NCBI GenBank assembly: GCA_010672965.1
Contig: JAAHFN010000034.1
Location: 1-64,000, forward strand
DNA length: 64,000 nucleotides
Direction: 5' to 3'
From: Oscillatoria sp. SIO1A7
GTDB lineage: Bacteria > Cyanobacteriota > Cyanobacteriia > Cyanobacteriales > Laspinemataceae
This document shows, piece after piece, positions 26,553-36,288 of this stretch; position 1 is the first letter of the stretch; every line of letters begins with the position of its first letter. The translations under genes and the position numbers were made by a program. The notes under the pieces are model-generated. The model saw only the letters and a list, made by a program, of their open reading frames with translations. It did no database searches and had not been told where the DNA came from.

Positions 26553-26859
26553 AGTGCGTACCTGTGGATGCCTCTGCTCTCTATTCTAATCCAACCTAGC
26601 TAGAAACAGAGGTTTTTGAATTTTAAACCCCGGGTTTTTATAGATCGCAAATGATTGAAGTCCAGAAACCCGGTTTTTCCAAAAAAACCGGGTTTCTCAC
26701 ATATCGCAAATAATTTAGGATACGATTGATATCCAGAAACCCGGTTTTTCCAGAAACCCGGTTTCTCACTGCCAATGCCCAATACCCAATGCCCAATGCC
26801 CAAGGTTTCTCACTGCCAATGCCCAATGCCCAATGCCCAATTTCCCCATGCTCCTACCC

Positions 26860-27480
26860 TTCCTACCTCCCCGATTCCCGAACCAACTGTCCGCTAATCC
26901 GCTACAAATCCGTTCCCAATCCGCTGCCAACCATCCGTTCCCAATCCGCTGCCAACCATCCGCTAATCCGCTACATCCGCTACAAATCCGCTGCCACTCA
27001 TCCGCTAATCCGCTACAAATCCGTTCCCAATCCGCTGCCAACCATCCGCTACATCCGCTACAAATCCGCTGCCAACAATCCGCTAATCCGCTACATCCGC
27101 TACAAATCCGCTGCCACTCATCCGCTAATCCGCTACAAATCCGCTGCCACTCATCCGCTAATCCGCTACAAATCCGCTGCAAACCATCCGCTACATCCGC
27201 TACAAATCCGCTGCAAACCATCCGCTACATCCGCTACAAATCCGCTGCCACTCATCCGCCACATCCGCTACAAATCCGCTGCCAACCATCCGTTACAAAT
27301 CCGCTGCCAACCATCCGCTACATTCGTTACAAATCCGCTGCAAACCATCCGCCACATCCGCTACAAATCCGCTGCCAACCATCCGTTACAAATCCGCTGC
27401 AAACCATCCGCTACATCCGTTACCAATCCGCTGCCACTCATCCGCTACAAATCCGTTCCCAACCATCCGCTGCCAAAAAC
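26860..27480. repeat. Degenerate minisatellite of about 620 bp built from ATCCGCT-based 9-14 bp units
   Basis: Continuous repetition with no unique spacers; it generates the artefactual ORFs 26726-27513 on both strands. Confidence 0.85.
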
Positions 27481-28494
27481 TTAAACCTTTCCCTTTTCCA
27501 GGGGATAGCTTAGGGGCGAACCTGCCGACCATTCCCACATCGAGCCCGGATAATTTTTGGCTTTGTATCCTAAATCCGCCAGCACCGAGGTCAACCAAGC
27601 AGAGCGAACCCCTCCGGTGCAATAAATCGCGATTTCTGTAGTTGGGGTTATTCCTTTTTGCTCTAGCTTGGCGACAATCTCCTCGCGGGAAAGCAGCAAG
27701 CCATTTTTGGCCAATAGCTCTTTATAGTAAAGATGAATAGCTCCAGGAATGCGACCGCCCCGACTTTCTCCGTAGGGGGTTTTGCCAAAATACTCGCGCT
27801 TTTCCCGAGCGTCGATAATAACTAAATTATTTTTTGCCAAACTGGCTCGCAGCTCCTCGCGCCCAATCTGCCAATTTCCCACCCGCTTGACCAGAAAATC
27901 GCCCCTCTTTGGCGGCGAGGTAGCTTTGTTTGTAGCTTGGATGGGGGCGATGGCGGTCAGGCGGGACGCCCGACCTACGCGATCGCCTCCATCTATTATC
28001 ACCGCTTTTTTATGGCCGAGGCTGCGCAACATCCAGACTATTCGCCCCTCTTCTCCCCATCCTTTCGCTGTATCTCCAAAAACCAGTACGGGCACTTCCT
28101 GAAAAACGCCGATCGCCTGAAGTTTTTCAGTTAAAAGGAGATCGTCTTCCAGCAGTTTTCCTCGCCAGGGTTGTTTGGGCTGAGAAAATTCCTTCCAACT
28201 AACCGGAATAGCTCCGGGCACCGGGCGCAACCGCTGCGATCGGCGCGGGCGAGCATCTATAAGAGTCGCTCCTGCGGCGAGCAATTCATCGGCGCGATCG
28301 GCACCAACTACCCATTGGTTTTCTAAGTTTTGTACTCCCGAGCCCTTAAGGCTAAATTCAGAAACAGGAATGGCAACCGGGTGAGCTGAGTTTCTAGAAT
28401 AATGGGCGATTGTAGCGGCAATAGCCAATCCTGCGGCGACTAAACTAAGCGCCACAAAAGGAGCGATCGTTTTTAATTTCCAAAGATTGGACAT
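27481..28494 (-). CDS. Membrane-anchored rhodanese-family sulfurtransferase (two rhodanese domains)
   Basis: N-terminal TM helix; catalytic loop CTGGVRSA; second inactive rhodanese domain. Confidence 0.8.
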   Translation of the reverse strand: MSNLWKLKTIAPFVALSLVAAGLAIAATIAHYSRNSAHPVAIPVSEFSLKGSGVQNLENQWVVGADRADELLAAGATLIDARPRRSQRLRPVPGAIPVSWKEFSQPKQPWRGKLLEDDLLLTEKLQAIGVFQEVPVLVFGDTAKGWGEEGRIVWMLRSLGHKKAVIIDGGDRVGRASRLTAIAPIQATNKATSPPKRGDFLVKRVGNWQIGREELRASLAKNNLVIIDAREKREYFGKTPYGESRGGRIPGAIHLYYKELLAKNGLLLSREEIVAKLEQKGITPTTEIAIYCTGGVRSAWLTSVLADLGYKAKNYPGSMWEWSAGSPLSYPLEKGKV

Positions 28495-28507
28495 TTATTT
28501 TTTTAGC

Positions 28508-29284
28508 CTACAGATCGTCAAGATTAATTCCTTGTCGCCGCAGTATTTCTTCTAGTGCCTGTACCCGAGCGATCGCCTCACTAGCTTGCTCTTGGGCTTG
28601 TTGTTTTTCCTCCTGGGTCTGTTGTAATTGCTCCTGAAGCTGTTCTTTTTCCTCCTGGGCCAGTTGTTTTTCTGCCTGAGCCAGTTGTTTTTCCGCCTGG
28701 GCCTCTCGTACTTGCTGCTTTAACTCCACAGAGGTTAAAAAGCGCTCCCCCTCCGGGTCATATAGCTGCAGAGATTTCTCTGTCATCTCGAACCGTATTC
28801 CCAAAAGCGGAGATATCCAGCCATTCATTTGCTCTATGGCCTTCAACCTTCCTCCCTCTCTTTGATATCCCGTCAACTTTAATCTATCTGGGTCGTAGAT
28901 ATAATATTCTTCTACCCCGTGACTCTGATAGAATCGCAGTTTATCCGACATCTCAGAGGAGGTATTGCTTGGAGACAGGATTTCAAACGCTACCTGGGGA
29001 GCAATGTCCTCTTCTAGCCATTGCTTATACGAGCCTCGCCTTCCCTTCGGCCGCCCAAATGCTACCATCACGTCCGGCGCTTGGCACTTTCTTGAACCTT
29101 CTGTTGGATACCAGAGCAAATCCCCGGCTATAAATACGTTGGCAACCGCAGCAAATATAATTTCTAAGTTTTCCTTGATTATTACGATCCATTTATACTG
29201 TTCTGTATTGTCTGACATTGGCTTGCCGTCGCTGTCTGGATAGACTATCTCTGGTTTTTGGTTTGCTTCTAGTTGTTGTACCAT
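28508..29284 (-). CDS. Uma2-family (DUF820) PD-(D/E)XK endonuclease, copy 1
   Basis: PDVMVAF...APQVAFEILSPSNTSSEMSDKLRFYQSHGVEEYYIYDP Uma2 core; C-terminal Q/E/K coiled-coil tail. Confidence 0.8.
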   Translation of the reverse strand: MVQQLEANQKPEIVYPDSDGKPMSDNTEQYKWIVIIKENLEIIFAAVANVFIAGDLLWYPTEGSRKCQAPDVMVAFGRPKGRRGSYKQWLEEDIAPQVAFEILSPSNTSSEMSDKLRFYQSHGVEEYYIYDPDRLKLTGYQREGGRLKAIEQMNGWISPLLGIRFEMTEKSLQLYDPEGERFLTSVELKQQVREAQAEKQLAQAEKQLAQEEKEQLQEQLQQTQEEKQQAQEQASEAIARVQALEEILRRQGINLDDL

Positions 29285-29487
29285 AGATTTTGATTCCTTT
29301 GCTATTGGTCAACATAAATAGATATTACCATTTTTTTTCGCGTTGCTGCGTTCAATGAATCTGCGATTGTAGCGATCGCGTAAGCATTTCCATAGGAAAA
29401 TCGCTCCTTTTGCGGCTGCTAAACATTCGCACCGCAAAAGGAGCGATATCTTTAAAATTCCAGAGATTGGACATTTATTTTTTTAGC

Positions 29488-30306
29488 CTACAGCTCCTCA
29501 AGATTAATTCCTTGTCGCCGCAGCATTTCTTCTAGTGCTTGTATCCTGGATATGGCCTCAGTGGCTTGCTCCTGGGTCTGTTGTAATTGCTCCTGAAGCT
29601 GTTGGGCCTGCTCCTCTGCTACAGTCGCTCTTTCCTGGGCTTGTTGTTTTTCCTCCTGAGCCTGTTGTTTTTCTGCCTGGGCCTGTTGTTTTTCCGCCCG
29701 AGCCTGTTGGGCTTGCTCCTCCGCTGCGATCGCTCGTTCCTCTAATTCCACAGAGGTTAAAAAGCGTTGCCCGTTTGGGCGATATAGCTCCAGAGATCCC
29801 TTTGTCATCTCGAACCGTATTCCCAAAAGCGGAGATATCCAACCATTCATTTGCTCTATGGCCTTCAACCTTCCTCCCTCTCTTTGATATCCCGTCAACT
29901 TTAATCTATCTGGGTCGTAGATGTAATACTCTTCTACCCCGTGAGCTTGATAGAATCGCAGTTTATCCGACATCTCAGAGGAGGTATTGCTTGGAGACAG
30001 GATTTCAAACGCTACCTGGGGAGCAATGTCCTCTTCCAGCCATTGCTTATACGAGCCTCGCCTTCCCTTTGGCCGCCCAAATGCTACCATCACGTCCGGC
30101 GCTTGGCACTTTCTTGAACCTTCTGTTGGATACCAGAGCAAATCCCCGGCTATAAATACGTTGGCAACCGCAGCAAATATAATTTCTAAGTTTTCCTTGA
30201 TTATTACGATCCATTTATATTGTTCTGTATTGTCTGACATTGGCTTGCCGTCGCTGTCTGGATAGACTATCTCTGGTTTTTGGTTTGCTTCTAGTTGTTG
30301 TACCAT
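29488..30306 (-). CDS. Uma2-family (DUF820) PD-(D/E)XK endonuclease, copy 2 (diverged C-terminal coiled coil)
   Basis: Identical to copy 1 over the N-terminal roughly 170 aa; the tail has a different number and sequence of QAQ/EKQ repeats. Confidence 0.8.
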   Translation of the reverse strand: MVQQLEANQKPEIVYPDSDGKPMSDNTEQYKWIVIIKENLEIIFAAVANVFIAGDLLWYPTEGSRKCQAPDVMVAFGRPKGRRGSYKQWLEEDIAPQVAFEILSPSNTSSEMSDKLRFYQAHGVEEYYIYDPDRLKLTGYQREGGRLKAIEQMNGWISPLLGIRFEMTKGSLELYRPNGQRFLTSVELEERAIAAEEQAQQARAEKQQAQAEKQQAQEEKQQAQERATVAEEQAQQLQEQLQQTQEQATEAISRIQALEEMLRRQGINLEEL

Positions 30307-30310
30307 AGAT

Positions 30311-30921
30311 TTAGATCCCTTTGCTATTGGTCAACATAAATAGATAATACCGTCTTTTTTTCTTCAAAGTTTTGACGCAATAGGAGTAACTGCGATCGTA
30401 TTGAAATGGAGTCGCATATCCTGTTGTATCTGCAATGCTAATAATATCTGCGCCCGCTCGTGCAGCAGCACTTGATACTTCAATAACCCGTTCCATTGAG
30501 GTGCGTGTCGTGTCTTCTGGTGTATAGCGAATCAACAGGTTTGGATTGGTTGCTAAAGCATAGCGGATAACTTCTACAACTTTCTCTATTGCACTTGCAA
30601 AAGTAATTTGGTAGTCTTGCTCTAAACGGTGCTTGGCAACACTAAAGAAAATTCCCAGAAAATCTACTCCACAATCTAATGCTTTTTTAACGTGTTCGAT
30701 GCGACAAAGACAGTGAGCGCCAATCTTAGCATTCAATTGAGCCTTAGCAACTAAGGCGATTGCCTCACAAATCTCAGGGCTAACGACAGGATTTCCTACT
30801 TCAATGATATCGACACCAATTCGATCTAGATACCTAGCAATTGATAACTTAATTTCAGGCTTAAAGTAAACGCCATTTGCTCTCCCTCTCTCAAAGTCGA
30901 ATCAAGAATCTGAACCATTTC
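30311..30921 (-). pseudogene. LeuA/NifV/CimA-family (HMGL-like pyruvate carboxyltransferase) gene remnant: A-run frameshift near 30880 and C-terminal truncation near 30360
   Basis: RBS then MVQILDSTLREGEQ (DxxLRDGEQ motif), a frame change, then NGVYFKPEIKLSIARYLDRIGVDIIEVGNPVVSPEICEAIALVAKAQLNAKIGAHC...ADTTGYATPFQ; it ends in unrelated residues where the Uma2 duplication begins. Confidence 0.6.
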
Positions 30922-31258
30922 GCTACCTAATCTCCTTTAATTGTACTCGCAAATGTGCTAAGCTATTACGCATTTAAATCCGCGACCCATATCGCGACGC
31001 GACGCAACCAACAAGAGCTAGCACGCAAGGGATAGGTCCCTTTTTCCCAATCTAAATGCGCGACAGCTTACCTTATTACCTTAAGTTATTAATTAAGGGG
31101 TCTAACGCAAGGGTTAGGAATGAGGATTAAACAAGATATTCTTACCAGAAGCCATAAAGTCCTGTCAGCGAGGGAGTTTCAGGCAACTTGACAAGTTATT
31201 AAATCCTCATTCTTTACTGGCCTCATTTTTTCCTAGTTTTGCCCCGTATTGACCCAAA

Positions 31259-32242
31259 CTAACCCAAAATTTTCTCCAGTACCAATTGGGGAGAAATATC
31301 TGCCATTTTGCCAGTTGGGGATTTGAGGCCGATAAATTTATCTGCTGACGGCAACAATTTTGTGGGATCGGTCGGGCCAAACAAAGCAACAGTATAAACT
31401 TGTACCGCTACAGCTAGGTGCATGGGAGCGCTATCGGTACAGACCATAAGATTGGCACCAGCGATCGCAGCAGCTAATTTACCCACATCCGGCGGCGATA
31501 TAATTTTTATCTCCGGAGAGGAGGCGACAATCTTGCTCGTCAGTTTCTTATCTTCTGGTCCAGATATCAAGACTATTGGCAGTTGAGGCTGACGCTCTTG
31601 CAACTGTTGAATAATCTTCTGCCATTTTTCCGCCGGATAGATCTTGTCTATTCCTTTGGCTGCGGCCAGCTTGCTAGAACCTCCGTGAATGATAATGTAG
31701 CCGCTATCTTGAATTCCGAGCTTTTGCCGTTCGGTCTCCGCCCACTTGAGATCCTCTTTTAGCAAAGTGACCCCTAATTCCGGGCAGGGGCTAGCAATAC
31801 CAAAGCCCCCGAGTAGGTCGTGGTACATGGCCGCAGCATACTGCTCTGTTTTAAGAGGAATCGGGTTTGTGAGTAATGGGTTTTTGCTATTGGCGGCGAC
31901 ATAACCAATGCGGGTGGGGATGCCAGCAAGCCAGAGAAGGAATCCTATACCCTTATTAGTTCCTAGAGACATGGCCGCATCATATTGACGATCGCGAAGG
32001 TTGCCTAGCAAATTTCCCCAATCCGCCAAACCATTGCGGTCTTTATAATCAAAAACTAGGGTATTGAGAGATTTGTCGTGGAAGTGCTTGCAAGCCCGAT
32101 AGGCTCCTCTCGATCGAGGCTCGACAACTACATCAATCTGGGCTTGGGGATAATACCGCTTGATGTCGTCTAATGTAGGGAAGAATAGGAGTTGATCGCC
32201 AATTCCGCCGGGAACAAGGGCCAATATTTGCATCTCACTCAA
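31259..32242 (-). CDS. Glycosyltransferase family 9 (ADP-heptose:LPS heptosyltransferase-like)
   Basis: GT9 fold motifs (ILALVPGGIGDQLLFFP, LISGPEDKKL, CTDSAPMHLAVAV). Confidence 0.8.
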   Translation of the reverse strand: MSEMQILALVPGGIGDQLLFFPTLDDIKRYYPQAQIDVVVEPRSRGAYRACKHFHDKSLNTLVFDYKDRNGLADWGNLLGNLRDRQYDAAMSLGTNKGIGFLLWLAGIPTRIGYVAANSKNPLLTNPIPLKTEQYAAAMYHDLLGGFGIASPCPELGVTLLKEDLKWAETERQKLGIQDSGYIIIHGGSSKLAAAKGIDKIYPAEKWQKIIQQLQERQPQLPIVLISGPEDKKLTSKIVASSPEIKIISPPDVGKLAAAIAGANLMVCTDSAPMHLAVAVQVYTVALFGPTDPTKLLPSADKFIGLKSPTGKMADISPQLVLEKILG

Positions 32243-32330
32243 TCCAGGAATCTTATCGGTTTCATTTTAGGAGAAGATACCCTTAATCCGATTGCTGATT
32301 TTCAATCTCTTTTTTCTGAGGGTTCTAAGA

Positions 32331-33023
32331 GTGCATTTATTGATTCCGGCCGCTGGGATGGGGCGGCGCATGGGTAGCAACCGTAATAAATTACTCCTGA
32401 CTTTGCTGGGGCAGCCTTTAATTGCCTGGACTTTGCAAGCGGCCGAGGCGTCAGCAGAAATTACCTGGATTGGCATTATCGGGCAAGAGTCCGACGAGCC
32501 AGAGTTCCAGGCGATCGCCGGTAAGCTCTCTATATCTAAGCCAGTCAAGTTGATTCGGGGAGGGGATACTCGCCAGGAGTCCGTCTATAACGGATTGCAG
32601 GCTCTTCCTGACTCTGCAGATCGAGTTTTGATCCACGATGGCGCTCGCTGTTTGGTTACTCCAGACTTGCTGGATAGGTGCGCTACCGCTCTGGGCCAAT
32701 GTGTCGGTCTTATTGCTGGGGTGCCCGTCAAGGATACGATTAAAGTAGTTGACGATAGCGGGATCGTCCAGGATACTCCCGAGCGAAGCCGTTTGTGGGC
32801 AGCCCAAACCCCCCAGGGATTTGAGGTTCCGGTTCTCAAGCAATGTCACGAACGAGGTCGCCAAAACGGCTGGCAAGTTACAGATGATGCTGCTTTGTTG
32901 GAAAAATGTTCTTTGCCAGTGCGGGTTGTACCAGGGGAGGAGACAAATCTCAAGGTCACGACCCCCGGGGATTTGGCGATCGCCGAGCTTATCCTGAGCC
33001 AGCGTTGCGATTTGAAGCAATAA
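32331..33023 (+). CDS. ispD: 2-C-methyl-D-erythritol 4-phosphate cytidylyltransferase
   Basis: LLIPAAGMGRRMG...NKLLLTLLGQPLIAWTL...GGDTRQESVYNGL is the IspD signature; GTG start at 32331 inferred. Confidence 0.85.
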   Translation: MHLLIPAAGMGRRMGSNRNKLLLTLLGQPLIAWTLQAAEASAEITWIGIIGQESDEPEFQAIAGKLSISKPVKLIRGGDTRQESVYNGLQALPDSADRVLIHDGARCLVTPDLLDRCATALGQCVGLIAGVPVKDTIKVVDDSGIVQDTPERSRLWAAQTPQGFEVPVLKQCHERGRQNGWQVTDDAALLEKCSLPVRVVPGEETNLKVTTPGDLAIAELILSQRCDLKQ

Positions 33024-33026
33024 TTC

Positions 33027-33455
33027 TTATTCTTCTGCTTCAAACAGCCATTTTTTGACTTTCTGCAAGCCCGGCCAATCGGGTTTTCTGTTCAGACCGT
33101 CGGCGATATTTTCTTTTACTTCATCTCTTAATTCATCTGCGGCTATTATTAGCTGCAATGCCATATCCACATGGGGGCGAACTCCTTTGCGGCCGCTCTC
33201 TATCATAGTTACCGCTAGGTTGACTCGGGCTTGGGCGTCTTGGGGATTGAGCTTGACAGCTTTATGCGCAAATTTATAAGCCTTGTTTGGTTTGTTTTCT
33301 AGGAGATATAGCCAAGCTAGAGAAGTCAACGCATTGCTATTTTTAGGGGCGCGATCGCACAGTTCCTCGAACAAAGGAATTAGACTACTCGCTTCTTCCC
33401 CCGCACGGTAGCGTTCCAGACCTTTAGTAAAAAGATCGTCAACCGTTTCAGCCAT
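33027..33455 (-). CDS. Tetratricopeptide-repeat protein
   Basis: TPR-like helical repeats (ALTSLAWLYLLENKPNKAYKFAHKAVKLNPQDAQARVNLAV). Confidence 0.6.
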   Translation of the reverse strand: MAETVDDLFTKGLERYRAGEEASSLIPLFEELCDRAPKNSNALTSLAWLYLLENKPNKAYKFAHKAVKLNPQDAQARVNLAVTMIESGRKGVRPHVDMALQLIIAADELRDEVKENIADGLNRKPDWPGLQKVKKWLFEAEE

Positions 33456-33661
33456 AAAAGATAGTATCTGTAATTAGTAATGTAACGGCAGAATTATATC
33501 ATAATAGGGTGTGGGGTGTAGGGTGTGGGGTGTAGGGGCGGGGAGTTCTGGAGAGGGTGGGGAGGTTTGGCAGATGGGGTAGAAGATTTTTTTAGTTCTT
33601 CCCACACTGACTACGCATACCCCTACACCCTACACCCCACACCCTACACCCTAATTTTTAA

Positions 33662-33979
33662 TTAGGCAGAAAACGAACTGCCGCAGCCACAAGTTTGAGT
33701 GGCATTGGGGTTGGTGAATTGGAAGCCGCCGCCAATCATGGCATTGCTGTAATCGAGTACGAGGCCGTAGAGATAGAGAAGGCTCTTGCGATCGCAGACC
33801 ACCTTAAAGCCATCGTAGTCAAACACCTCGTCGCTATCTTCGATCTTGCCAGTTTCTTCAAAATCCATCGTATAGGACATCCCAGAGCAACCCCCCTGGC
33901 GCACGCCTACGCGCAAACAGAGGTCTTTTCCTTGCTGCTCCCGAAGCAACAGGACCTGCTTCATAGCAGATTCTGTCAT
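33662..33979 (-). CDS. HesB/IscA-family iron-sulfur cluster insertion protein
   Basis: GGCSGMSY...C-terminal CGCGSSF motif; start at MTESAMK inferred. Confidence 0.8.
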   Translation of the reverse strand: MTESAMKQVLLLREQQGKDLCLRVGVRQGGCSGMSYTMDFEETGKIEDSDEVFDYDGFKVVCDRKSLLYLYGLVLDYSNAMIGGGFQFTNPNATQTCGCGSSFSA

Positions 33980-34644
33980 TTGGATCCCTCTTTTTTTAGA
34001 ATCAGTTGCTAGTGCCATCAATATTTCAGCGCAATATAGCTTTTGTTAGATTTAACCTTCCTTAGAACCCACGCAGTAACCCTATTATTAGGAGGTGCGC
34101 CAAGCACCAGACGCTATATATAGCTTTCGAGGCTAAAATTTGCGTAAGTCCTAATTTATTTTAGCCACAGGCAAGACAAGTCTTGCCAATGCAGGTTAGA
34201 AATGCAGGACAGAAAAGAGTGGCAAGGGTGGGTCCTATGCGCTACGCGCAGGCTACACCTACGGCAAGCATCTCCTGAGCCTGTCGTTGGGGTTCTTTGT
34301 CTAGGGTCCCCTTGTCCGTCCTGAGCCTGGACGTAGGCGTAGCCCGCCCTCCGGGGCGTAGGGTCCCCTTGTCACCCCAATGCCCAATGCCCAATGCCCG
34401 ATGCCCCATTCTTTCTTGAACTTATTGTGGCTTTTGGTTGAGGAACTTATACTGGGGATACGATCCTGACATCGCTCGTATCGGAGATAATATTGCCCCA
34501 GCAAGTTTGGCAGAAACAGAGGAAATCTATTTCAAGTGGTCCTCAAGAATGGATTTCCCCAGAATAGGTTTTGGTCGAAAAAAGAATGCTGCCTAACCCT
34601 TGGGCGTTGATAACCTCGGCTTTTTATAATCATTGGCATAGTCT

Positions 34645-36288
34645 ATGGCTGTTTTGAATAGCTCCACCCGTCGTCGATTGCAATCCCTACCAAGAATTAA
34701 GAGCGTATGGGAGGGCGATCGCCGTTCTCTATCCCAACCGTTACCAATGGATTCTTCCGCCATAGCGGCCTCCCCATACCCTATGGAATCCGACTCAGAT
34801 TCGGGGGACTGTATCTTGTGGGTAGATGGGTCCCAAGGGATTGTCCGAGCAATGGACGTGGTTTCCCCAGACAGCGGGCATGCTGCTGTTGTGCGGGCCT
34901 TGCTGCGGGCAATGGAGCATCCCCACAGCCCTGCGGCACCGGGTCGCCCCCAGAAAATCGTAGTTAAAGACCGAGAAATTCAGTTTTTCCTGCGGGGCAT
35001 CCTGCAAGATCTCGATATTGTCATTGATTACGTCCCGGACTTGCCTCTGATTGACGAAATATTTCGAGGTTTTCAGGAAGTAGCCTACAACAAACCGCCC
35101 ATGTTGCCCCCTCAGTATGCTGAGGAGCTGACCCAAAAAGCATTTGACCTCTGGTTAGAGGCCCCTTGGGAAATACTGGCAGACCGTCAAATTATCTCGA
35201 TTGAAATCAATGATTGGGATGTGGGCAATCTATATGCCTGCGTGATGGGTATGTTGGGTCTGGATTATGGAGTTCTTTTTTATCGCTCCTTGGATTCTCT
35301 GAAACATTTTCGACAGCAGGTAGTTGATAACGACTCTCCAGAGCAGTTACAGGAAGCATTTTTGTCCCAGGATTGTTTATTTGTAACATTTGAGAGCGAC
35401 ATGGACGATGAGGATATTGATTTGGCTTCCTTGCCAAGCGATGAAGTTAGCCCATCTTTTGGCAACTTGCATCCTCTAGAGGGTCTGCGCTCTGTTATCT
35501 ATGAAGAAGAAGCCCTGACTATCTATGTAGCCCTAGAAGCCCTGTATCGCTTTTTCAAGAATTCGCGCCGAAAACTCAAGGATTTTCCCCCACTTAGCAG
35601 TCGCTATCGCATTCGCCTTCCCAAAGAAGCTGAATTGGATAAGCAACAAGTCTCCGTCAAGATCGGCACGATGCCCGATGTTGCAGAAGAACTATACGAG
35701 ATGAGTTTGGAGGCTGAAGATGAGGACGACGATTTTGCCGATAGCCTGCCCATGCTGCGAGATGACCTGATTCCCCCAAACTCTTTTGTTAGTCTTGGGG
35801 TTATACCTTGGGAACGGGTGGATGTCTTGCGCTCTTCAGTAGATTACCATGAGTCTGCTGCTCTTACTTCTAATGGTGGCGATGGCTTGCCAATTATTTT
35901 GATTCAAACAACTCGCCCGAAGGCTAAGACTCTGATTCAAGAGCTACAAGATGCTGGGGGTATGAAGGGTATTTGTTTTAATCCCGGAGAAGATCCCCTG
36001 GAAGAGGAAAGCTACGATCTGGGTATTTTACAAACCGAAAATGAGGAAATGCATCTATTTGGGGAGTTTTTCAATGACGACCCAACTCATGTTTCGGCTC
36101 GCAAGAAATGGGACGATCGCTGCAAAAAAACTAAGGGTTACTGCGGCTTGGTGATTGCTATGGGTCTTACTGGAGCTTCCCGTGGCAATCCTCAAATTAA
36201 AGATATGTTGGCTTTGTTTGAAGGGCGATCGCTCACCTCCAAAGATTTAGGACTTGGCACTTTACAGCGGCTACCAATGCCTTTATAA
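34645..36288 (+). CDS. conserved hypothetical protein (547 aa, acidic)
   Basis: Long ORF with coding-like composition; no recognisable motif. Confidence 0.5.
   Translation: MAVLNSSTRRRLQSLPRIKSVWEGDRRSLSQPLPMDSSAIAASPYPMESDSDSGDCILWVDGSQGIVRAMDVVSPDSGHAAVVRALLRAMEHPHSPAAPGRPQKIVVKDREIQFFLRGILQDLDIVIDYVPDLPLIDEIFRGFQEVAYNKPPMLPPQYAEELTQKAFDLWLEAPWEILADRQIISIEINDWDVGNLYACVMGMLGLDYGVLFYRSLDSLKHFRQQVVDNDSPEQLQEAFLSQDCLFVTFESDMDDEDIDLASLPSDEVSPSFGNLHPLEGLRSVIYEEEALTIYVALEALYRFFKNSRRKLKDFPPLSSRYRIRLPKEAELDKQQVSVKIGTMPDVAEELYEMSLEAEDEDDDFADSLPMLRDDLIPPNSFVSLGVIPWERVDVLRSSVDYHESAALTSNGGDGLPIILIQTTRPKAKTLIQELQDAGGMKGICFNPGEDPLEEESYDLGILQTENEEMHLFGEFFNDDPTHVSARKKWDDRCKKTKGYCGLVIAMGLTGASRGNPQIKDMLALFEGRSLTSKDLGLGTLQRLPMPL

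Larger units (their letters stand above)
28455..30405. repeat. Tandem direct duplication, 2 x about 980 bp (about 28455-29435 and 29435-30405), each carrying one Uma2 gene plus the first ~50 bp of the rhodanese gene
   Basis: The Uma2 ORFs are near-identical for about 170 codons; the flanking TTAAATTCCA(A/G)AGATTGGACATTTATTTTTTTAGCCTACAG segment is repeated. Confidence 0.8.

Noticed and set aside
26726-27513. Long ORFs on both strands (252, 226 and 151 aa) across 26726-27513
   Set aside because: They lie entirely inside the ATCCGCT minisatellite and translate to periodic low-complexity peptides (IRYKSAA...), so they are artefacts of the repeat and not genes.
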